Shown: one piece after another, positions 12,099 to 18,356 of the stretch
Position numbering within the stretch: position 1 is the first letter of the stretch
How the letters are laid out: the number at the start of each line of letters is the position of its first letter
Origin: Geobacter sulfurreducens PCA
GTDB taxonomy: Bacteria; Desulfobacterota; Desulfuromonadia; Geobacterales; Geobacteraceae
Length of the DNA stretch: 32,000 nt
Direction of reading: 5' to 3'
Assembly: GCF_000007985.2 (NCBI RefSeq)
Contig: NC_002939.5
Coordinates: 2,400,001-2,432,000, forward strand
Made by a program: the position numbers and the translations under genes
The notes under the pieces: model-generated
The model's input: only the letters and a program-made list of their open reading frames with translations
What the model was told of the DNA's origin: nothing
Database searches by the model: none

Positions 12099-12319
12099 AG
12101 CTGGAATGTTTAAGTATCACGATTATGTGAATGCGATTGGCAAAACACGGGGGTCGCTTTAAAATTAACAAAATTTTATGTCAGGCCACCGCTCCCGACA
12201 CGAAGGAGGTGAAGACACAGCATCAATACGGCGGACTCAAACGCATCCCCCCGCCGAAGTATCAAAGCGGTTCGCGGCACGGTAGTTCACTTTTATTGTT
12301 TTATGGGAAAGGAGAGCAC

Positions 12320-13915
12320 ATGAAGCGTATGTCCAAAAAGGTTCTGGCAGCTGCCCTTCTGCTCGGTCTCAGCCAACCGTTCTCGGTTATGGCGGCCGAT
12401 ACCGACCTGCAGAAGAAGATGGAAAGCCTCGAGAAAGAACTTGAGGCCCTGAAGCAGCAGATGCAGGACACCGACAAGAAGGTCGATAAGGTTGAGCAGA
12501 AGTCCCTGGGTCGCTGGCTGACCATCAGCGGGGATTACCGGTTCAGGGTCGACTCTCTCAAGGGCAAAATTGTAGATCACGCCAGCGGTCCTGTGTTCGG
12601 ACAAACATACATGGCAAGGCTACTGGCAGGAGATACCCCCAACGTCGCACAGGCGACAGCTTTTGCCGCATCACAGCAGGCTGGTCAAGGATACAAACCC
12701 AAAAACGACTCTCTTATGACCCACCGCTTCGGGCTTAATCTTAAAGCCAAAGCCACCAAAGATGTTTCTGTCACTGCACGCCTTCTCATGTACAAAACCG
12801 CAGGCGCTCAAGATGATGATGCCGTAACCCCGGGTTACTTTGCAGATCGAACCGGCGTATTCGATGGAACACTTGGCCACATACCTTCTGACGGTCGACT
12901 CGCCGTTGACCGCGCCTACGCGACATGGAGCAACATCGGTGACGAGCCAATTTGGTTCTCAGTTGGTCGTAGGCCCTCAACTGGCGGAGTACCAACTCAC
13001 CTTAAGGAGAACAGGGAAAAACCTGACAGCAGTGGAACTCCTGCGCTTCTAGTTGATTATGCCTTTGACGGCATGACTGTAGGATGGGCGCCTGACCTTG
13101 AGGCGCTACCAGGAGCATATGCTAAGATCTGCTATGGTAGAGGTTTCGAAAACGGATTCACTGGGAAAAACGTCAACAATAGTCTCCATGACACCGACAT
13201 GCTCGGCGTGCAGATTATACCTTATGACACAGATGCACTCAGTATATTTTTCCAGTACAACAGAGGCTTCAACATTTTCGACTTTCCGAAGATGACTAGC
13301 TCAGCATTCGGCGACACGGCTCCAAGTACTGACCTAGGTGCCATCGACTGGTATGGGCTAAACTTCCTAGGCAAAGTAAAGAACATCGGCATTGGTAATT
13401 TCAATTGGTTTGTAAGTGGTGCCATAAGTGACGCTCAACCGAACAAAAATGTATCTGTCGCCGCAGGCAATCTCGGTCTTATGAACGGCACTTTCCTTGG
13501 CCAACAGGATGCAAGCAGCTTCAAGGATCGAACCGGTTGGGCCGTATACGCTGGCGGAAGGTACGACATCGAGTCAACCGGCACCAAACTCGGCTTCGAA
13601 TACAACCATGGTTCCAAAAACTGGATCACCTTTGCTCCGTCTGCCGATGATATGTGGACATCAAAGGTGGGAACCCGAGGCAACGCCTACGAGGGTTACA
13701 TAATTCAAGAACTGAAGCTGCAGCCCATCTCTTCATATCTGAGCAAAGTATTTTTCAAGCTCGGCTATCAGTATTATGATTTTGAGTACACTGGCAGTAA
13801 CAATTGGGTCGGAGCACCCCAAAAAATTGCAGACATTAAAGCTTCCGATCTCCAACTGATGGCTCCAGTTAAATACGCACAAGACATCTATGCAACCTTC
13901 GAGGTACACTTCTAG
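12320..13915 (+). CDS. Outer-membrane beta-barrel protein with N-terminal coiled coil (DUF3373-like porin)
   Basis: ATG at 12320 preceded by GGAAAGGAGAG. The ORF-track extension to 12131 has no support. Signal peptide MKRMSKKVLAAALLLGLSQPFSVMA/AD, a 35-aa heptad-like segment LQKKMESLEKELEALKQQMQDTDKKVDKVEQK, then alternating-polarity strands. The C-terminus YATFEVHF ends in Phe. GC is about 49% against about 61% in the flanks. Confidence 0.7.
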   Translation: MKRMSKKVLAAALLLGLSQPFSVMAADTDLQKKMESLEKELEALKQQMQDTDKKVDKVEQKSLGRWLTISGDYRFRVDSLKGKIVDHASGPVFGQTYMARLLAGDTPNVAQATAFAASQQAGQGYKPKNDSLMTHRFGLNLKAKATKDVSVTARLLMYKTAGAQDDDAVTPGYFADRTGVFDGTLGHIPSDGRLAVDRAYATWSNIGDEPIWFSVGRRPSTGGVPTHLKENREKPDSSGTPALLVDYAFDGMTVGWAPDLEALPGAYAKICYGRGFENGFTGKNVNNSLHDTDMLGVQIIPYDTDALSIFFQYNRGFNIFDFPKMTSSAFGDTAPSTDLGAIDWYGLNFLGKVKNIGIGNFNWFVSGAISDAQPNKNVSVAAGNLGLMNGTFLGQQDASSFKDRTGWAVYAGGRYDIESTGTKLGFEYNHGSKNWITFAPSADDMWTSKVGTRGNAYEGYIIQELKLQPISSYLSKVFFKLGYQYYDFEYTGSNNWVGAPQKIADIKASDLQLMAPVKYAQDIYATFEVHF

Positions 13916-13934
13916 GCCACAGCAGATGAACACC

Positions 13935-13963
13935 GGGAGGGAGGGCGCCAGCCCCCCTCCCCC
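13935..13963 (+). other. GC-rich intercistronic stem-loop without U-tract
   Basis: GGGAGGG(AGGG)...CCCTCCC can pair (7 bp or more), and no T-run follows. It sits between the porin-like gene stop and the small-protein RBS (AAAGGAG at about 14015). Confidence 0.3.
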
Positions 13964-14029
13964 AGCCCTACGGGGCACCATGCCACAGGCGGCCTGCTCC
14001 GCCAACAACAGTACAAAGGAGACGGAACA

Positions 14030-14341
14030 ATGAAAAAAGCAGTATCGATCGTTATGGCACTCGCACTCCTCACCATGAGCCTCGTTACCTTTAGCGGCAC
14101 GGCCAGCGCCGCCGAAGTGAAGATGATCGCCACCATCAAAAAGATTGAGATGAAGGGCAGCGCGGCAACGGTTACCCTGAAGGACACCAAGAGCGACAAG
14201 ACCGTAACCGTTACGGTCAAGGACGAGCTTACTCTCGACAAGTTCAAGGACAAGCGGATCGTTGAGGGCGACGAAATTCGCCTGAAGTATGACGATGCAA
14301 CGGGTGAGTCCAAGCTCTTCAGAAAGACCGCCGGCTGCTGA
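14030..14341 (+). CDS. Small secreted Lys-rich beta-type protein ending in Cys (unknown function)
   Basis: 103 aa, with RBS AAAGGAG 8 nt upstream. Signal peptide ...FSGTASA/AEVK. The mature protein is about 76 aa with alternating strands (VTLKDTKSDKTVTVTVKDELTL). Its only Cys is the very last residue (...KTAGC). Confidence 0.65.
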   Translation: MKKAVSIVMALALLTMSLVTFSGTASAAEVKMIATIKKIEMKGSAATVTLKDTKSDKTVTVTVKDELTLDKFKDKRIVEGDEIRLKYDDATGESKLFRKTAGC

Positions 14342-14376
14342 TGCTCCGGGGGCGCTGGAGCCCTCTGCGGAACCGT

Positions 14377-14409
14377 TGCAGCCCGGGCGCCTCGGCTGCA
14401 ATTTTCTTC
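14377..14409 (+). terminator. Probable intrinsic terminator/attenuator after the small-protein gene
   Basis: TTGCAGCC-(10-nt loop)-GGCTGCAA forms an 8-bp stem, directly followed by TTTTCTTCC. Confidence 0.5.
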
Positions 14410-14420
14410 CGTTAATTAAT

Positions 14421-14468
14421 CGTTTTATTTAGATATATCATCTATATGTATAGCCAAATAAAACGAAC
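14421..14468. promoter_or_regulatory. 11-bp perfect inverted repeat in the AT-rich region upstream of the octahaem gene
   Basis: TCGTTTTATTT (14421-14431) and AAATAAAACGA (14458-14468) are exact reverse complements separated by 26 nt. The spacer contains the palindrome GATATATC (14433-14440) and several -10-like hexamers. Confidence 0.4.
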
Positions 14469-14489
14469 AACTTACGCACGAGGTACCCA

Positions 14490-15860
14490 ATGAAGAATAC
14501 GACGTTCATCGCCACCCTCATGGCGAGCGTGGCAGTGGCGGCCCTGGTACAGGCCAAGGATCATCCGGGCAAGGAATATATCCAGAAAAACGGCTACCAG
14601 GGGCCGGCAACCTGCGAGGTCTGCCATCCCGGCGCGGCAAAGGAGTTCCTGAACTCCGTGCACTGGAAGCACGCCTCGAAGGTCGACAACGTTGAGAACA
14701 TTGACCCGAAGCAGGAATACGGCATGAAAAACCGTATCTACACCATGTGCAACGGGAACGACATCGTCAACAATCTGAAGGAGATTCCGCCCAGCCCCGA
14801 GACGGGCAAGACCAAGTACTCGGGCTGCAACTCCTGCCATCCCGGGAATCACATCCAGGACGTGGGGAGCACCGGGCCCGAAGCGGAAGCCGCAGTGGAC
14901 TGCCTTGTCTGCCACTCCTCCACCTATGATCACAGCAAGCGCAAGCCCTTCAAAGACGAGAAGGGGAACGTGGTGCTCGGCCAGGATCGCAGCACCGATG
15001 CGGCCCTTTCCATTGCCACCCCGACGGTCAAGAACTGTATGACCTGCCACGAGGCTGCAGGGGGCGGCGTGCTGGTGAAGCGCGGGTTCGCCTTCAACAA
15101 GGAGCACGATGTCCATGCGGCCAAGGGGATGGTCTGCGTCGACTGCCACAAGACGAAGAACCACAAGATCCCCACGGGCTACGATCCGAACAACTGGGCC
15201 CATGACGGCGTACGTCTCTCCTGCACCGACTGCCACACGGCAAAGCCCCACAAGGACGAGGACTACAACCGCCATACGGCGCGCATCGCCTGTCAGACCT
15301 GCCACATCCCCCGGACCGGCGGCGCCTTTGCCAAGGATTTCACGAAGTGGGAACAGCTCTCCAACAAGTTCTACGAGCCGACCACGCTCAAAAAAGAAGC
15401 AAATGAAACGGCTCCCGTCTACGCATGGTACAACCTGACCGTGGCCAACCGCCCTGACTTCATCGGGCCCAAGGGTGACCGCAAGGACGGCAAGAGCAAG
15501 ATCTACCCTTTCAAGATCTTCCAGGGCAAGGCGTACTTTAACAAGAAGGACGGCCAGCTCCTGTCCATGGACTTCGCTCCGCCCATGGCAACGGGTGACA
15601 CCCTCGCCGGCGTGGCATCAGCTGCCAAAATCCTTGGGATCAAGGATTACGAACCGGTCCCCGGCTGGCAGACCATCTACTTCGGCAGCAACCACCAGGT
15701 GGCTCCCAAGGAGAAGGCTCTTACCTGCTATAACTGCCATGCTCCCAACGGCATTCTGAACTTCCGCGAGCTCGGCTATTCGTCCGACGAGGTCAAAAAG
15801 CTCACGAGCCCCGAACTCTACTTTGAGAAAATCGCAGAGAAGATGCGGGAAGAGTGGTAA
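14490..15860 (+). CDS. Octahaem c-type cytochrome, Sec-exported
   Basis: 456 aa, with RBS GAGG 6 nt upstream. Signal peptide ...AALVQA/KD. Eight CXXCH motifs (CEVCH, CNSCH, CLVCH, CMTCH, CVDCH, CTDCH, CQTCH, CYNCH). About 145 haem-free residues separate haems 7 and 8. Confidence 0.9.
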   Translation: MKNTTFIATLMASVAVAALVQAKDHPGKEYIQKNGYQGPATCEVCHPGAAKEFLNSVHWKHASKVDNVENIDPKQEYGMKNRIYTMCNGNDIVNNLKEIPPSPETGKTKYSGCNSCHPGNHIQDVGSTGPEAEAAVDCLVCHSSTYDHSKRKPFKDEKGNVVLGQDRSTDAALSIATPTVKNCMTCHEAAGGGVLVKRGFAFNKEHDVHAAKGMVCVDCHKTKNHKIPTGYDPNNWAHDGVRLSCTDCHTAKPHKDEDYNRHTARIACQTCHIPRTGGAFAKDFTKWEQLSNKFYEPTTLKKEANETAPVYAWYNLTVANRPDFIGPKGDRKDGKSKIYPFKIFQGKAYFNKKDGQLLSMDFAPPMATGDTLAGVASAAKILGIKDYEPVPGWQTIYFGSNHQVAPKEKALTCYNCHAPNGILNFRELGYSSDEVKKLTSPELYFEKIAEKMREEW

Positions 15861-15893
15861 TCGCGACGTAATCTTCAACGTTCCCGATACAAT

Positions 15894-15924
15894 GGGAGGT
15901 GGACCCAGTCCACCTCCTTTTTTT
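15894..15924 (+). terminator. Rho-independent terminator of the octahaem gene
   Basis: GGGAGGTGGAC-CCA-GTCCACCTCC followed by TTTTTTT. Confidence 0.85.
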
Positions 15925-15943
15925 GTGCCCGCCGTCAGGGTAC

Positions 15944-15975
15944 AAAAAAGCCCGCTGCCGCAGGGGCAACGGGCT
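15944..15975 (-). terminator. Rho-independent terminator of the LysR gene
   Basis: On the minus strand AGCCCG-T-TGCC-CCTGC-GGCA-G-CGGGCT is followed by TTTTTTG. It is convergent with the previous terminator. Confidence 0.7.
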
Positions 15976-16002
15976 CCGGTCCGTCATGCACGCACACTTC
16001 TT

Positions 16003-16926
16003 TCAGGTGGGGCAGGAACTTCGGTGACACTGGTCGGTAAACACCGTGTCCAGGCACGCCAGGAAGTCGCTGACCAGCCGATCCTGCACCTTGCTCCTGC
16101 TCAGGGCGACCGTCCGCTGGCGGCTGTGGCAGAATCCCTCGACTCTGTGCTGCTTCAGCTGGCCGTTTTCCAGATATTTATTCACCAGACAGGAGGAAAC
16201 GAACGCCACCCCTCCCCCGTCAAGGACCGTATCGACCGTGAGATGCAGATCGTCATAGACCACGGTGCTCCGGAACCCCTCCAGGTCCTTGCCGATGGAG
16301 GCAAGATTGAGCCTGAGCAGTTTCTTGGAACTGCAGCCGTCCTTGCGCGTGATGAGGCGTTCCTCGAAGAGCCGCTCGATCGTCACGAGCGGAGTGGGGA
16401 TGCCGAGAGACGGCGCGCTCACGAAGACCAGTTCGTCCCGCGGCAGGGTCGCAGTATGGAAATCGGCCAGGTCCAAGTCTTCGCAGTGCTCTATGATACC
16501 GATATCGAACTCCCGTTCGGCCAGCCCCTTTACCGCCTGCTCCGGGCTGTAGAACATGAACTTGAGATCGACGATATCGGCGTTGCGCAGCATGAACCGG
16601 TTGAGAACCTTGGGCATGTGGGCGATGCCGAACGATGGCGTACAGCAGATGGAAAGGCGCTGCCTTCCGGTAAATTTCTTGAGTTCGTCCTGCAGTGTCT
16701 TCTCGATGTCGAGGATGGCCTGGGCCTTCCGTACCACGGCCTCACCTGCAGCGGTGAGCATCATGACAGGACCCGAGCGATCCAGCAACTCGCAGCCGTA
16801 ACGCTCCTCGAGGAACTTGACCCGTTGCGACACCGCAGATTGGGTGATGCACAGCTCTGCAGCGGCCTTGGAAAAACTTCCTTTCTCAGCCGTCACGATG
16901 AGCGTTTTGAGATACAGCGTCTCCAT
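16003..16926 (-). CDS. LysR-family transcriptional regulator
   Basis: The ORF track starts at a TTG (16956). I prefer the ATG at 16926, with GGGAAGG 6 nt upstream, giving METLYLKTLIVTAEKGSFSKAAAELCITQSAVSQRVKFLE, a canonical LysR wHTH. A C-terminal substrate-binding-like domain follows. Confidence 0.9.
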   Translation of the reverse strand: METLYLKTLIVTAEKGSFSKAAAELCITQSAVSQRVKFLEERYGCELLDRSGPVMMLTAAGEAVVRKAQAILDIEKTLQDELKKFTGRQRLSICCTPSFGIAHMPKVLNRFMLRNADIVDLKFMFYSPEQAVKGLAEREFDIGIIEHCEDLDLADFHTATLPRDELVFVSAPSLGIPTPLVTIERLFEERLITRKDGCSSKKLLRLNLASIGKDLEGFRSTVVYDDLHLTVDTVLDGGGVAFVSSCLVNKYLENGQLKQHRVEGFCHSRQRTVALSRSKVQDRLVSDFLACLDTVFTDQCHRSSCPT

Positions 16927-17042
16927 ACCAAACCTTCCCGAAAGAAACTTCCCCAACCATCCTCTAGATAACGACCCATCATAAATAAAATTATCGATGC
17001 CGCCGCTGAAGCCGCATTAGAACTGCGTGTTTTTTCATACCT

Positions 17043-17057
17043 ATAAGTTTTGCTTAT
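17043..17057. promoter_or_regulatory. LysR-type T-N11-A dyad (ATAAG-N5-CTTAT)
   Basis: Perfect interrupted palindrome ATAAGTTTTGCTTAT in the 314-bp lysR/decahaem divergent region. It fits the T-N11-A rule and is flanked by a second, roughly concentric dyad: CATTAGAA (17015-22) and TTCTAATG (17080-87). Confidence 0.4.
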
Positions 17058-17240
17058 ACAAACACAAATAAAATGCGGTTTCTAATGTGTGCTTTCAGAA
17101 GTACTATTTGCATTCGTGAAGACGCAATAACCTTGCCACGACCACTAACCCATGGAAGGAGGAAATAGATACCCGATTATCATTCGATATTCTGAATAGT
17201 TAGAAATTCCAAGAACAACACACCAACGAAAGGAGCAACC

Positions 17241-18332
17241 ATGCGAAACAAGCTGTATGGCGTGAAAGCGCTAAAAATGGCCGGAATGGTCGCGATTTCG
17301 CTGCTTGTCGGTGCCTGCGCCACCGGGAAGATCAGGGAACGGGTCCTGACATTGCCGACCATCGAAGGCGCTTCGTACGTCGGCGACACAGACTGTGCCC
17401 AGTGCCATGACAAGATCGCGGCACCCTTCGTCCGGAGTATTCACGGCCGGATCGCCGACTTCGAAGTGATGGGGGGAACCAGGGGATGCGAGTCATGCCA
17501 CGGTGCCGCCAGCCTTCACACCACGGAAGGAGATTCCGCCAAGATTCTTTCGTTCGCAAGCCTGTCGTCGGACCAGGCATCTGCCGTCTGCCTCAAATGC
17601 CACTCGGCCGGCACCCACATGGAGTGGGCAGGCAACGAACATGCCCTCAACGATGTGGCCTGCACCGACTGTCATAAAATCCACCAGGACAAGACCGTTG
17701 CCCCGCACAGCCTGAAAATGGCACAGCCCGAGCTCTGCTACTCCTGCCATCAGGAGTATCGCGCAAAGGCCAACTTCCCTTCCCACCATCCCATCCGAGA
17801 GGGGAAAATGACCTGCACGAGCTGCCACGAAGCCCACGGTTCCGGCCAGAAGAACCTGAAGACCGAGGAGCGGGTGAACGACCTCTGCCTTAACTGCCAC
17901 AGCCGCTACCAGGGGCCCTTCGTCTTCGAGCATGCGCCGGTCCAGGAAGACTGCACCATCTGTCATGACGCACACGGCACCGTAGCCAACAACCTGCTTC
18001 GCCAGAGCGAGCCCTTCCTCTGCCTCCAGTGCCACGAGAGCCACTTCCACATCACCCGCGAGGGAGCCACGATCCCGGCGGGCAATGTCGCCCTTGACGC
18101 CAACAAGGACGGGGGCACCACCTACCCTGCCGGCCAGACGATCAGCTCATCCAACAGCGTAACCATGCCGAACAATCTCGGCGCTGAAGGATGGCGGATG
18201 GCCTTCGGCACCAAGTGCAGCGTATGCCACACCCAGGTGCACGGCAGCGACCTTCCCTCCCAGACCGCACCCACGGTCAACAGCACCGGCACCAGGGGAT
18301 GGCCGTCCGGCGGCAAGGGATTGACCCGCTAA
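17241..18332 (+). CDS. Decahaem c-type cytochrome, MtrA/DmsE/PioA family, with lipoprotein signal
   Basis: 363 aa, with RBS AAAGGAG 6 nt upstream. Ten CXXCH motifs. Strong resemblance to the Shewanella MtrA blocks I recall (LCYSCH...SHHP....MTCTSCHEAHGS, NDLCLNCH...GPFVFEHAPV.EDCTICHDAHG, LCLQCH, C-terminal CSVCHTQVHGS). The signal peptide ends in the lipobox-like LLVGAC. Confidence 0.9.
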   Translation: MRNKLYGVKALKMAGMVAISLLVGACATGKIRERVLTLPTIEGASYVGDTDCAQCHDKIAAPFVRSIHGRIADFEVMGGTRGCESCHGAASLHTTEGDSAKILSFASLSSDQASAVCLKCHSAGTHMEWAGNEHALNDVACTDCHKIHQDKTVAPHSLKMAQPELCYSCHQEYRAKANFPSHHPIREGKMTCTSCHEAHGSGQKNLKTEERVNDLCLNCHSRYQGPFVFEHAPVQEDCTICHDAHGTVANNLLRQSEPFLCLQCHESHFHITREGATIPAGNVALDANKDGGTTYPAGQTISSSNSVTMPNNLGAEGWRMAFGTKCSVCHTQVHGSDLPSQTAPTVNSTGTRGWPSGGKGLTR

Positions 18333-18356
18333 CAACTTCTAGAGAAAGGAGCTTCT

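Noticed and set aside
12274-12290. A second sigma54-like sequence, GGCACGGTAGTTCAC, 30 nt before the porin-like start codon.
   Set aside because: The -24 half is good, but the essential -12 GC is replaced (TTCAC instead of TTGCA). The resulting leader would also be too short to include the RBS comfortably.
12131-12319. 63-codon N-terminal extension of the porin-like ORF.
   Set aside because: It has no RBS, lies in AT-rich non-coding-looking sequence, and would bury the signal peptide. The ATG at 12320 has GGAAAGGAGAG upstream and gives a normal signal peptide.
11938-12319. GEMM-I (c-di-GMP/cGAMP) riboswitch upstream of the cytochrome/OMP genes; I also checked 14342-14489 and 16927-17240.
   Set aside because: Geobacter often places these riboswitches before extracellular electron-transfer genes, so I looked for the conserved GGCAAACC...GAAA...GACGCAAAGCC core. 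I found only loose fragments (GGCAAAAC at about 12139, GACGCAATAACC at about 17121) with no matching P1/P2 helices. An Rfam scan would settle it.
17152-17199. 15-codon upstream mini-ORF (MEGGNRYPIIIRYSE) in the decahaem leader.
   Set aside because: It has no RBS of its own; its GGAAGGAGG lies inside the ORF, not before it. It is short enough to occur by chance, and I found no attenuator-like structure coupled to it.
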